Shown: positions 1-9,871 of the stretch, piece after piece
Layout of the letters: each line of letters starts with the position of its first letter
Numbering within the stretch: position 1 is the first letter of the stretch
Program-made: the position numbers and the translations under genes
NCBI GenBank assembly: GCA_964411385.1
Contig: CAYPKT010000003.1
Coordinates: 137,302-201,301, forward strand
Origin: an uncultured Candidatus Brevefilum sp.
GTDB lineage: Bacteria > Chloroflexota > Anaerolineae > Anaerolineales > Anaerolineaceae
Reading direction: 5' to 3'
DNA length: 64,000 nt
Notes under the pieces: model-generated
Seen by the model: only the letters and a program-made list of their open reading frames with translations
Database searches by the model: none
Told to the model about the DNA's origin: nothing

Positions 1-561
1 ATTCAACGGTCGGTCATGATAGGTTTAGTTGTTTCGATCATTGGCAGCACCGTTGTTGGTATTGGAAACAATTGTAATATTTCGCATGAGGGGATCGTTT
101 GTTTCGCGTTTGGAGCATCAAATCAAGCTCTGTTGGGTAATTTTCTGGCGTTATTTGGTGCGTGGATGGCGGCTGGTTATATGATGATGGGTAGGCAGTT
201 ACGAAAGAAGCAAAACACAATTCCTTATACTGCCCTGGTATATGGAATTGCTGCAACGATTTTATCGTTAATTGTTTTTCTGCGTGCTGAACCTGTATTC
301 ACATATTCACGTCACACATATCTATGGTTATTAGCCCTGGGCATTTTTCCTCAATTACTTGGGCACTCGTCTTTAAATTGGGCGCTTAAGTATTTACCTG
401 CATCTTTTGTTTCTCTCACATTATTAGGAGAACCAATTGGAACTATTGTGTTGGCATTAATTTTTTTAAACGAAAGGCCAACCTTGCTGGAAGGTTTAGG
501 GGCAGGTTTGATATTATTGGGAATTATTATTGCGTCTACACAAAGAAAACCACAGAGTTAA
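1..561 (+). CDS. EamA/DMT-family permease, C-terminal part (5' end lies outside the window)
   Basis: The frame is open from nt 1. The product is almost entirely hydrophobic helices with an EamA-repeat look (SSLNWALKYLPASFVSLTLLGEPIGT). Confidence 0.65.
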   Translation: MQRSVMIGLVVSIIGSTVVGIGNNCNISHEGIVCFAFGASNQALLGNFLALFGAWMAAGYMMMGRQLRKKQNTIPYTALVYGIAATILSLIVFLRAEPVFTYSRHTYLWLLALGIFPQLLGHSSLNWALKYLPASFVSLTLLGEPIGTIVLALIFLNERPTLLEGLGAGLILLGIIIASTQRKPQS

Positions 562-2117
562 TGAGGCAGAACTTGACCTTTTAATTCCTCTAAGATCGAT
601 TGCCGAATTGTTTGTTTTTCAGCTTCGGGAAAACGCCCATATAAATAGTTGGTTTCGCGTAGTCTTGTAAGGATAATTTCATTGAGCGCGTCGGGGCGCA
701 TCCGCCAACCCCAATTGCCAGATACTGTACCGGGGTAATTCATCCTTGCTGATGTTCCAAGGCTTAGAAAATCTTGCATAGGCGCGATCACCCAGGCAGC
801 AGTTGATCTCCATAAAGCCCTGATAAACGACCATGAAATATCGTGCCCGGGGCGAGCAAGATAACGCCTACAAAAATCTTTTTCTCGCTCTGGTGCTGAG
901 TCGTACCAACCTAAACTTGTATTATTATCGTGTGTGCCGGTATAAGCAACACAATTTACGGGGTAATTATGGGGGAGGAAGTCGTCATCTGGATCTGAAG
1001 CAAAAGCAAACTGTAAGATTTTCATTCCTGGCAGGTTGAATGAATCTCGCAATTTTCTTACTGGTTCAGTTATGAGGCCAAGGTCTTCCGCAATAATGGG
1101 TAAATCTCCCAATTTATTTTTAATTGCACTCAAGAATTCATGGCCAGGACCTTTCACCCATTGTCCTTCGATAGCCGTTAGATTACCATAAGGGACCTCC
1201 CAATAAGCTTCAAAACCACGGAAATGATCTAACCTTACGATATCCACCTGGTTTAATACCGCATTTAGTCGATCCAGCCACCAACGGTAATCTTGAGCTT
1301 TATGGGCATCCCATTTATAGAGCGGATTTCCCCACAGCTGACCAGTCGCTGAAAAATAATCTGGAGGAACGCCAGCGACGACCTCAGGCAATCCATTCTC
1401 ATCCAAGTAGAACAAACCTTTGTGTTCCCAAACATCTGCACTATCATAAGCCACAAAGATGGGAATATCTCCAATGATGCGAATGCCTTTCTGATGCGCA
1501 TAATCTCGCAGGGCAGCCCATTGTTTGTGAAAAGTAAATTGCTGGAATATTTGAAAATTAATAGCTTCTTGTGAATCCTTTGTGAATTCGGCAAGTGTAT
1601 TAGGGTCACGTTTCTTAAATGCCTCTGGCCAGTCGCTCCATGGTCCGCCACCTTGTTGATCTTTGATTGCCATAAACAAAGCAAAGGTGCCAAGCCACGA
1701 TTGGTTTGTTAATGTAAATTCTTCGTATTCTTGACGAACCTGTTTATTGGTTACCGTTCGAAAGTGTTTAAATGCCCGCCTCATGAGCCTCGTTTTCCAT
1801 TGGATAACTGGCCCATAATCGACTCTTTCTAACGGGAAATGCGGACGATCGGATAAATCTGATTTGTTCAACAAGCCTTGATCCAGCAATATTGCAGCGC
1901 TAATTAAGTTAGGGTTCCCCGCGAAGGCAGAAAAGCATTGGTATGGAGAATCAGCGTAACCTGTTGGTCCGATTGGTAAAATCTGCCATAATTGTGTACC
2001 TGAACGATGTAGAAAATCAACCCAGTGATAGGCTTCAGGGCCTAAATCGCCGATGCCATCCGGCCCTGGCAAACTGGTCGGATGAAGAAGGATTCCAGAA
2101 GCTCGATTTTGATCCAT
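558..2117 (-). CDS. malQ: 4-alpha-glucanotransferase (amylomaltase, GH77)
   Basis: 519 aa with the classic MalQ N-terminus RASGILLHPTSLPGPDGIGDLG. ATG at 2117. Adjacent to glgA. Confidence 0.93.
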   Translation of the reverse strand: MDQNRASGILLHPTSLPGPDGIGDLGPEAYHWVDFLHRSGTQLWQILPIGPTGYADSPYQCFSAFAGNPNLISAAILLDQGLLNKSDLSDRPHFPLERVDYGPVIQWKTRLMRRAFKHFRTVTNKQVRQEYEEFTLTNQSWLGTFALFMAIKDQQGGGPWSDWPEAFKKRDPNTLAEFTKDSQEAINFQIFQQFTFHKQWAALRDYAHQKGIRIIGDIPIFVAYDSADVWEHKGLFYLDENGLPEVVAGVPPDYFSATGQLWGNPLYKWDAHKAQDYRWWLDRLNAVLNQVDIVRLDHFRGFEAYWEVPYGNLTAIEGQWVKGPGHEFLSAIKNKLGDLPIIAEDLGLITEPVRKLRDSFNLPGMKILQFAFASDPDDDFLPHNYPVNCVAYTGTHDNNTSLGWYDSAPEREKDFCRRYLARPGHDISWSFIRALWRSTAAWVIAPMQDFLSLGTSARMNYPGTVSGNWGWRMRPDALNEIILTRLRETNYLYGRFPEAEKQTIRQSILEELKGQVLPH

Positions 2118-2136
2118 GATTTATCCTTTTTGATGG

Positions 2137-3594
2137 CTATCGATTATCAATAAGCGCCTGGTACAAGCTTATATATTTTTGGGCAGAACCTTCCCAAGAA
2201 AAATCAATCTTCATTCCATTTAATTGAATTTTTCGCCATTCTTCTGATCGTTGATAAAAACGAATCGCGTGCTTTATTGTTGATGCAAACACGGAGGGAT
2301 ATGGTTTTGTAAATAGGAAGCCAGTCCCGCCATTGACAGTACGTGAAACATGGATAATGGTATCCGCCAAACCGCCGGTTGCTCTGGCAATCGGAACACA
2401 GCCATATCTCATTGAGATCATCTGCGAAAGGCCACACGGTTCATACCTGGATGGCATCAAGAACATATCAGCGCCTGCATAGAGTTGATGAGCAAGGTTA
2501 TTGTCAAAATCGATGATGCTTCGTACTCGGTCTGGGAAAGTTGCTTCTAAATCTATGGCTAAATTTTCGACAGCTGGTGTCCCTGTTCCGAGGATTATTG
2601 CCTGCCAGGGTACGTTATGACAGTAAGCCAATCCTTTCAGGGCAATATCGATTCCTTTTTGCGGGTCCATTCTGCTAACTAACGTCAGCAACGGAATATT
2701 TGCACTCACGGGTAAGCTAAATTTCTCTTGAAGGTATTGTTTGTTGAGTTTTCTCTCGGGCAAAGTCGACGATGAATAATTGTGTGAAATCACAGGGTCA
2801 TGTTCAGGGTTCCACGTATCGGTATCCAGGCCATTTATAATCCCAGTGATGTCTGACTCCCTTGTCTTTAAAAAATCTTCTAAACTGCAGCCAAACTCTG
2901 GTGTCAAAATCTCTTTTGCGTAATTAGGGGAAACAGCCACGATTTTATCGGCGTAAAGCAGACCTAAAGGTAAAGGGGTATGTCGAGCCCATTCCGGAAG
3001 AACAGGATTTTTTGTTGGTGGCAAACCATATGCAGACATTGCAGTTTGAGTTCCGTATCCCATAAAAGGCAGGTTATGTAAAGTATGCAGTGTTTTTGTT
3101 TTTGCCAAGTATCCCGAAGGTTTAGGTAATACATGTAAGGCATAAATTGCAAAAGCCGTGTGCCAATCGTTTGCTTGCAAAACATCAACACGCCAATTAA
3201 GAAATTCTGCCAATTTGAGAGAGGCTAAAGAAAAAAATATATATTTTTCCCCATCTTTAGCTGGATCGGGTGAATAAACAGGCGAATTATTAAGGGGCGC
3301 TCCATCAAGAAGATATATTGGAATTTGTGACTGGTTATATCGATAGACCTGGCATAAAATTTCTTCTTCTTTTTTGTTAACAGCAAATTCACCCAAAAAG
3401 GTTGTATCAAAATTCTTTTCTTTGATGGAATGATGAAATGGGAGGACAACGCGAATATCAACTTTATGAGATTGTGATTGATTCTTTGAAACGTTATGGA
3501 TAGCCTCCGGCAGGGCACCTGCCACGTCTCCAAGACCGCCGACCTTAATAAAAGGTTCAGCTTCTGCTGCAATAAAAAGCACGTGTATGGTCAT
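2137..3594 (-). CDS. glgA: Glycogen/starch synthase (GT5)
   Basis: 485 aa. The N-terminal motif FIAAEAEPFIKVGGLGDVAGALP is typical of GlgA. Confidence 0.93.
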   Translation of the reverse strand: MTIHVLFIAAEAEPFIKVGGLGDVAGALPEAIHNVSKNQSQSHKVDIRVVLPFHHSIKEKNFDTTFLGEFAVNKKEEEILCQVYRYNQSQIPIYLLDGAPLNNSPVYSPDPAKDGEKYIFFSLASLKLAEFLNWRVDVLQANDWHTAFAIYALHVLPKPSGYLAKTKTLHTLHNLPFMGYGTQTAMSAYGLPPTKNPVLPEWARHTPLPLGLLYADKIVAVSPNYAKEILTPEFGCSLEDFLKTRESDITGIINGLDTDTWNPEHDPVISHNYSSSTLPERKLNKQYLQEKFSLPVSANIPLLTLVSRMDPQKGIDIALKGLAYCHNVPWQAIILGTGTPAVENLAIDLEATFPDRVRSIIDFDNNLAHQLYAGADMFLMPSRYEPCGLSQMISMRYGCVPIARATGGLADTIIHVSRTVNGGTGFLFTKPYPSVFASTIKHAIRFYQRSEEWRKIQLNGMKIDFSWEGSAQKYISLYQALIDNR

Positions 3595-3613
3595 CGTCGA
3601 AAAGCTCCCTAAA

Positions 3614-5599
3614 TTATTTCCCTAAATAGTTTTGAACAATTTCAATATAATCGTTTGTTTCCACTCGCTCTGGTGAGGCACCGAGGTAGGCGATCAGTTC
3701 AGGAATTAATTTCGATTTTTGTTCTGCGTCATCGCGACTCCAAGTACGGCTTTTAACTTCAAAGAAGTTCCCGATATTTGGATTAACAAAAGAATCGATA
3801 TTGATATAAAAATCTACATCTTTGTACTGAATTTTAAATCTCAGGCGATCTTTTTCGATATCAAGCGATTTGACAGGCTCAAAATATTCATGATAGAACC
3901 GTAAAGAATGCGTGGCAGGTGCATAATAACGACTGCGAGAGAGCATCACATCGTGCTCGAAGGCTTCTTTTGAAGTTAAACCCACCAAAGTTAACCGACC
4001 GCGCACATTGGTCGTTTCACCATTTTGGTTAATAAATTCATCCTCTCGATAACGAAGTAACCCTTCTGTTTCATCCTCAAAGAAAAAATAGGTATCGTAT
4101 TCGTGATAGTGCCGTGTATATTCAATATTGATAGCTTCTTTTTCTAAATTACCAAGGATTAATTTTGGATCGTCAATGCGTATTTTCGATTGGACCTCGA
4201 AACTTTCTTCTTCCATCGCGCCGCCGATAGCAATAAGTTTAGATAAAACAGATTGTTCTCTTTTTATTAAGAATGCGTCGATTTTTTCTGCATAGGCTTG
4301 CGCTTCGCGTTTTATTTGTTGTTCATCAAGTGTCAACAACTGTCTGTCTCTCATCAACCACTTGCCATTGACCATTACATCTTTTATGTCATTTGAATTT
4401 GATGCGTAGACAATTTGAGCGTAGACTCCATCGGGGCTTCGCTTGAAACTGGGTGAATTATGTAATACGTCAAGGTCTATAACAATCAAGTCTGCGCGCT
4501 TACCTGGTACAAGGGATCCAGTGAGGTGATCGAGGTGGATTGCTTTTGCACCCATGTTTGTTGCCATGGAAAGAGCTTGTTTTGCTGGCAGTGTTGTGGG
4601 GTCATTAGATACCGCTTTAGCCACCATGGAAGCCAAGCGCACTTCTTCAATCATATCCAAATCGTTATTGGAAGCAGGACCATCTGTTCCAATGCCGACA
4701 TTGGCGTTTAATTCAAGCATTCGGGTAACATTGGCAAAACCTGAAGCTAATTTTAAGTTTGAAGATGGATTGTGGATAATCCCTGCGCCTGCTTTTTGGA
4801 GTGTGCGTATTTCACCTTCATCAATATGCACGCAATGAGCGGCAATCACTTTTGCATCGAAGATGCCCCGCTTGCGAAGGTAAGGGACAACAGGCATTCC
4901 GGATTCGTTACGGAGATTTTCCACTTCTCCTGCGGTTTCAGCAATATGAATGTGGAGGGGCACATCATATTTTTGTGCCAGCTCTGCACAGGCTTTTAGA
5001 ATTTCATCGGTACAAGTATAGACTGCATGTGGCCCAACCGAAGGGACAATTAATGGGTGTCCCAACCATGTTTTGATAAATTCTTCTGAGGCTGTTAAAG
5101 ACTCTTCAAATGAGGCGGCATCGGGTGACGGGAACTTAAGTACTGTCTGCGAACAGATGGCTCTCATACCTGCCTCTGCTGTTGCAGCAGCAATATCGTT
5201 TTCAAAATAAAACATGTCAACAAAGGTAGTTACCCCGCTCCGAATCGATTCAGCGCAGGCTAATTTTGTTCCCAATCGAACAAAATCTGGCGAGACAAAC
5301 TCACGTTCTACAGGCATCATGTAGCCCATTAACCAAACATCTAACCTGAGATCATCTGCCAAACCGCGTTGCAAAGTCATTGGCACATGTGTATGGGCAT
5401 TGATTAACCCAGGCATGATCACCTTGCCTTCTGCATCGATGGTTTGTTCACTATAATATTTTTGCTCGATCTCCCCCAAACTTCCAACTGCTGTGATGCT
5501 ATCATTATCGATGACTATCGCTCCTGGATCGAAGATATGAAAATCATCATCCATGGTGAGAACAATTGCGTTTTTCAAAATCCAATCTGCTTTTTCCAT
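3614..5599 (-). CDS. Amidohydrolase (MtaD/SsnA-like nucleoside deaminase fold) fused to a C-terminal CYTH-like (triphosphate tunnel) domain
   Basis: Metal-binding motif PGLINAHTHVPMT. The C-terminal ~190 aa starts FEVQSKIRI and ends FYINIDSFVNPNIGNFFEVKS, a CyaB/ThTPase-like pattern. I place the start at the ATG at 5599, which has a TAGGAGAAAA SD upstream. The longer track ORF to 5737 would overlap the cinA-like gene. Confidence 0.8.
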   Translation of the reverse strand: MEKADWILKNAIVLTMDDDFHIFDPGAIVIDNDSITAVGSLGEIEQKYYSEQTIDAEGKVIMPGLINAHTHVPMTLQRGLADDLRLDVWLMGYMMPVEREFVSPDFVRLGTKLACAESIRSGVTTFVDMFYFENDIAAATAEAGMRAICSQTVLKFPSPDAASFEESLTASEEFIKTWLGHPLIVPSVGPHAVYTCTDEILKACAELAQKYDVPLHIHIAETAGEVENLRNESGMPVVPYLRKRGIFDAKVIAAHCVHIDEGEIRTLQKAGAGIIHNPSSNLKLASGFANVTRMLELNANVGIGTDGPASNNDLDMIEEVRLASMVAKAVSNDPTTLPAKQALSMATNMGAKAIHLDHLTGSLVPGKRADLIVIDLDVLHNSPSFKRSPDGVYAQIVYASNSNDIKDVMVNGKWLMRDRQLLTLDEQQIKREAQAYAEKIDAFLIKREQSVLSKLIAIGGAMEEESFEVQSKIRIDDPKLILGNLEKEAINIEYTRHYHEYDTYFFFEDETEGLLRYREDEFINQNGETTNVRGRLTLVGLTSKEAFEHDVMLSRSRYYAPATHSLRFYHEYFEPVKSLDIEKDRLRFKIQYKDVDFYINIDSFVNPNIGNFFEVKSRTWSRDDAEQKSKLIPELIAYLGASPERVETNDYIEIVQNYLGK

Positions 5600-5612
5600 T
5601 TTTTCTCCTAAT

Positions 5613-6779
5613 CTACTGGTTCGATAGTTGCTTAAGGTTCCTGCGCAAAAAGTCAAAGCCAACATTTTTAGCCCAACGCAAATCGTTTTCATCAACACCA
5701 CCGTAATAGCGATCTTGCGTTTTCGTGTGTTGATCATCTTGATAGGCTAAGTTAAGAATAGCGTTGCTGCCCCTGGTAAGAGCCAGACCAAATGCAAAAT
5801 TAGAACTATCTTTAAGTCGTAAATCCGACAAAATATTCATAAAAGACTCAAGGTCTTTAGGTTCTTCTTCTAAAGAATGAAAAACAATATTCACAGATTG
5901 ACAATTATCAAATACAGTTTTGATACTTTTATTTAGCCCATGTTCTACTATGGTCAATTTTTGCCCATCGGATTGTAATTGTTTGCAAATAATTTCTTCT
6001 AACCTTTCCCCGTCACATCCATAAATGTGATTGCCGAGGCGTGTTCTCAATTCTTTAATGACTGGTTTTATTAATTGGTCAGCTTCGGCTTCAGATGGTG
6101 CTTTCGCTGTGATACGAATGTCGACTTGCCCTGGGTGTGCCAATAATCCCACAGATGGGTTTTCTAAAATTTCCAGATCTTCAATTAATTCATCAATCAC
6201 AGATTCGCCAAGTGAGGCTGTATGCAATACAGTTGCTTTTATTGTTTGAGATTGTAATTGAAATTTTTGTTTGAGATAAGGGATAATGGTTTTGTGTAAA
6301 AGGTATTTCATTTCTTGAGGAACACCGGGTAAAGAAATCACTAAGTTGGAACCTTGCTCAACAATGAAACATGGTGCTGTACCAACAGGATTAGGAATGG
6401 GAATCGCTCCTTTTGGAATATAAGCCTGACGCCGATTGTTCTCAGTTGGCAAACGACCGTGCCCCTTAAATCGGTTTAAAATCTGCTCCCAAAGTTCGTC
6501 GAGGTAAACCAATTCTCGATTTGTTGCTTCAGCTACTGCTTCGCGTGTCGGATCGTCAATTGTTGGCCCCAAACCACCTGTGGTAATTATGATGTCTGCT
6601 CTGTTAAACGCTTCTTGAATGGCAGATGCAATTCTTATCGGGTTGTCACCGATTGTTGTTACTCGATAAATATCAATCCCATGATCGCGCATCGTCCTTG
6701 CGATATAGGTTGAATTGGTATCGGTTATCTCTCCTAGTAATAATTCAGTCCCAATAGTAATAATCTCTAATACCGGCAT
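5613..6779 (-). CDS. cinA: CinA-family competence/damage-inducible protein (MoCF-binding domain; C-terminal PncC-like part looks degenerate)
   Basis: N-terminus MPVLEIITIGTELLLGEITDTNSTYIA and TTGGLGPTIDDPT are CinA/MoCF hallmarks. Confidence 0.8.
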   Translation of the reverse strand: MPVLEIITIGTELLLGEITDTNSTYIARTMRDHGIDIYRVTTIGDNPIRIASAIQEAFNRADIIITTGGLGPTIDDPTREAVAEATNRELVYLDELWEQILNRFKGHGRLPTENNRRQAYIPKGAIPIPNPVGTAPCFIVEQGSNLVISLPGVPQEMKYLLHKTIIPYLKQKFQLQSQTIKATVLHTASLGESVIDELIEDLEILENPSVGLLAHPGQVDIRITAKAPSEAEADQLIKPVIKELRTRLGNHIYGCDGERLEEIICKQLQSDGQKLTIVEHGLNKSIKTVFDNCQSVNIVFHSLEEEPKDLESFMNILSDLRLKDSSNFAFGLALTRGSNAILNLAYQDDQHTKTQDRYYGGVDENDLRWAKNVGFDFLRRNLKQLSNQ

Positions 6780-6897
6780 ATTTCCTCGATTACGGTTTTG
6801 GCTTTTAATTTTATCATTAAATTTTTATTCTTCTACCACTACGGATGTGTTAAAATGGTAGGATAATAAACAAAATGTTTTACTAAAGTAAACCTAA

Positions 6898-7257
6898 ATG
6901 ACCTATCAAAAAAAAATTGGGAACCTTGGCGAAAGAATTGCTGCAGATTATTTACTTGAACAGGGCTTTTCTATTTTAGAAAGAAACTTTAATACCCGGT
7001 TTGGAGAAATTGATCTTATTGCAACTAAAGATGAAGAAGTGATTTTTATTGAAGTGAAAACTCGCACTTCTAAAACCTTCGGGTTTCCTGAAGAAAGTGT
7101 AACGTCTGAAAAATTGGGAAAATTGGTTGATACTGCCATGTTGTGGCTCCAGGAACACCCCAATTCATCTGATCACTGGCGAATTGATGTTATTGCAATT
7201 CTTTTAGACCGGCAGCATGCTTTAATCGATTTAGAACATTTTATCAATGTAAACTAA
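6898..7257 (+). CDS. YraN-family (UPF0102) endonuclease-like protein
   Basis: 119 aa. GERIAADYLLEQGFSILERNFNTRFGEIDLIA...IFIEVKTR matches the YraN signature. Confidence 0.8.
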   Translation: MTYQKKIGNLGERIAADYLLEQGFSILERNFNTRFGEIDLIATKDEEVIFIEVKTRTSKTFGFPEESVTSEKLGKLVDTAMLWLQEHPNSSDHWRIDVIAILLDRQHALIDLEHFINVN

Positions 7258-8198
7258 TGGTTGATAAAAATAAACTTCCCCTGGTTATGATAATTGGCCC
7301 AACCGCGGTTGGAAAAACTGCTGTTGCAATCGAACTTGCTAATCGTTTTAATGGCGAAATTATTTCTGCCGATTCACGGCAACTATATCGTCAGATGGAT
7401 ATTGGAACAGCTAAACCAACTTTACTTGAACAAGCTCGAGCGGTTCATCATTTAATAGATGTTGCTGAACCAGATGAGACCTGGAGCTTAGCTCGCTATT
7501 TACGAGAGGCGTACCAAACAATTGATCAAATCCATGCTCAAAAAAAAATCCCTTTTTTAGCTGGCGGTACCGGTCAATATATACGGGCAATTGTTGAGGG
7601 ATGGCAAATACCCGCCCAAAAGGCGGATTTCTCTCTACGAGATGCAATTACCCATTGGGCAGAGGAAATTGGCGCAGAAGCTCTCTATGAACGCCTGGTA
7701 AGGATTGACCCGGTAGCCGCGGAAAAAATTGATTTCCGTAACCTGCGGAGAACCGTCAGAGCCTTTGAGGTCATCTTTAAAACTGGTTATCGATTTTCGG
7801 ATTTGCGTCTACGAAAAGAGTGTCGATACGATCCTATCTTAATTGGGTTGCAACTTCCGCGAGAGTTACTTTATCGCAGGATTGATCAACGCGTAGATAT
7901 GATGATTGAACAAGGATTAGTTGAAGAAGTGAGAGGCCTATTGGAAGCTGGGTTTCCACCTGAACTGCCGACCATGTCTGCGATTGGTTATGCTGAGATC
8001 ATTCGTTATTTACAAGGCGAATTTGGTCTGAATGAGGCTATCACTTTAATAAAACGAAATACACGAGTTTACGTACGTCGGCAGGCCAACTGGTTTAAGC
8101 CAGATGATCAGAAAATAATGTGGTTTGATATATCTGAGGATTCGCTTGACAAAATGGAAGACTGCATAAGAGGCCATTTAAAAAATGTTGGAATATAA
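7257..8198 (+). CDS. miaA: tRNA dimethylallyltransferase
   Basis: P-loop IIGPTAVGKTAVAIELA followed by ISADSRQLYRQMDIGTAKP. TAATG overlap with the upstream gene. Confidence 0.92.
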   Translation: MVDKNKLPLVMIIGPTAVGKTAVAIELANRFNGEIISADSRQLYRQMDIGTAKPTLLEQARAVHHLIDVAEPDETWSLARYLREAYQTIDQIHAQKKIPFLAGGTGQYIRAIVEGWQIPAQKADFSLRDAITHWAEEIGAEALYERLVRIDPVAAEKIDFRNLRRTVRAFEVIFKTGYRFSDLRLRKECRYDPILIGLQLPRELLYRRIDQRVDMMIEQGLVEEVRGLLEAGFPPELPTMSAIGYAEIIRYLQGEFGLNEAITLIKRNTRVYVRRQANWFKPDDQKIMWFDISEDSLDKMEDCIRGHLKNVGI

Positions 8199-9804
8199 AC
8201 CCTGGTTAAAAAATTACGATGAAGGTGTACCAAATGAAATAAAAATCCCTGATATTTCGCTTGTCGATTTATTTAAAACCGCCGTGAAGGAAAGAGGCGC
8301 GTTAACATGCATCATATTTGAGGATAAAACATTTTCTTATCGAATGGTAGATGACCTTTCTGATCGTATTGCGCGCTTTTTAATATCTGCAGGTTTAAAA
8401 GTGGGGGATCGGGTAGGGATTTTGTTACCAAATATTCCTGAGTTTGTTATCAGTTATTACGGAATCTTAAAGGCTGGTGGCGTGGTTATGGCGATCAACC
8501 CCGCATTTAGGCCAATTGAGATAGAAAATCAATCCGTTGAATCTGGCATTAATATATTAATCTTTTTAGACCGTGACTATAACAGGTTGAAGCCTTTAAT
8601 CGATAAAATGCAATTTCGTGTCGTCGTCGTAGAAAGTAAGGCTAATCACAAACTTGAATATTCTGAGGAGCCCATTTTCTGGAACCAGGTTTTAGGGGAC
8701 TTTTCAGAAGAAAAACCAATCCGCGTTGAAGTTCGCCCGGATGATCCTGCTGTATTTCAATTCTCGGGCGGAACAACTGGCACTCCAAAATGTGCAATTG
8801 GACTGCATCGCAATTTGGTCGCAAATACATATCAGTTTGATAGCTGGCTGGCCAACGCAGAGTTGGGTAAAGAGACAGTATTAGTTGCCATACCAATTTA
8901 CCATGTATATGGGATGGTTCTTGGAATGAATTTGGCGGTTAAGATGCAAGCAAGAATGGTTCTAATACCAGATCCAAGAAATTTAGATGAATTACTTTTT
9001 GCAGCGGAAAAACACCAGGCGACGATCTTTCCCGGTGTGCCAAGCTTGTATGCTTCTATCAACCATTACCCGTCGGTTATCTCTGGGAAATATGATCTTT
9101 CTTCAATCAAGGCTTGCATTTCAGGTTCTGCCACCCTCCCAACAAAAGTTAAACAAGATTTTGAGACTTTAACCCATGGTCATTTAGTAGAAGGTTATGG
9201 GTTATCAGAAGCGCCTACTGCAACACACTGTAACCCAATATTAGGTGAGAATCGAGAAGGATCAATCGGTTTGCCTTTACCAAACGTTGACTGTAAGGTT
9301 GTTGATTTAGAAACCGGAATGATTGAAGTTGACCCCGGGGAAATTGGAGAACTTGTGATCAAAGGTCCGCAAGTTATGTTTGGGTATTATAACCAAAAAG
9401 AAGAGACTAAACTTGCGTTGCGCGACGGATGGTTGTTTACTGGTGATGTCGTCAAGATGGATAAGGATGGATATTTTTATATCGTCGATCGCAAAAAAGA
9501 CGTAATCAAAGTCGGTGGTTTTCAGGTTTGGCCAAATGAAATCGAAGCCGTCATTATGGGTTGCCCGCAAGTGAAGGAAGTTGCAGTTGCCGGAATCAGC
9601 GATATAAATGGTACAGAAGTTGTGAAAGCGTGGGTTGTTCTTAATCAGGGTGAAAAACTCACAGCTGAAGAAATCAAGTCTTACTGCAATCAATACCTTG
9701 CACGCTACAAAATTCCAAGATATTACGAATTCAGAGATTCGCTTCCGCGCACATCGGTAGGAAAAGTCTTGCGAAGAGTGTTATCTGAAGAGCATAAATT
9801 TTAA
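8185..9804 (+). CDS. AMP-dependent acyl-CoA synthetase/ligase (long-chain fatty-acid-CoA ligase-like)
   Basis: AMP-binding motif FQFSGGTTGTPKCA, plus GYGLSE and a C-terminal PRTSVGKVLRR. Confidence 0.85.
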   Translation: MLEYKPWLKNYDEGVPNEIKIPDISLVDLFKTAVKERGALTCIIFEDKTFSYRMVDDLSDRIARFLISAGLKVGDRVGILLPNIPEFVISYYGILKAGGVVMAINPAFRPIEIENQSVESGINILIFLDRDYNRLKPLIDKMQFRVVVVESKANHKLEYSEEPIFWNQVLGDFSEEKPIRVEVRPDDPAVFQFSGGTTGTPKCAIGLHRNLVANTYQFDSWLANAELGKETVLVAIPIYHVYGMVLGMNLAVKMQARMVLIPDPRNLDELLFAAEKHQATIFPGVPSLYASINHYPSVISGKYDLSSIKACISGSATLPTKVKQDFETLTHGHLVEGYGLSEAPTATHCNPILGENREGSIGLPLPNVDCKVVDLETGMIEVDPGEIGELVIKGPQVMFGYYNQKEETKLALRDGWLFTGDVVKMDKDGYFYIVDRKKDVIKVGGFQVWPNEIEAVIMGCPQVKEVAVAGISDINGTEVVKAWVVLNQGEKLTAEEIKSYCNQYLARYKIPRYYEFRDSLPRTSVGKVLRRVLSEEHKF

Positions 9805-9826
9805 GAAAGTTTGTGAAATTAAAAAA

Positions 9827-9854
9827 AGAGCTGAGTAAAAAACACCTCAGCTCT
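9827..9854. terminator. Bidirectional intrinsic terminator between the convergent acyl-CoA ligase and ftsH genes
   Basis: 9-bp stem AGAGCTGAG / CTCAGCTCT, flanked by an A-run upstream and T-rich sequence downstream. Confidence 0.6.
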
Positions 9855-9871
9855 TGCCTTTTGGCTTTTGT

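Noticed and set aside
5600-5737. N-terminal 46-codon extension of the amidohydrolase ORF given by the six-frame track (start at 5737)
   Set aside because: It would overlap the 3' end of the cinA-like gene by 125 nt and has no SD. The internal ATG at 5599 is preceded by TAGGAGAAAA and gives a normal amidohydrolase N-terminus (MEKADWILKNAIVLTMDD).
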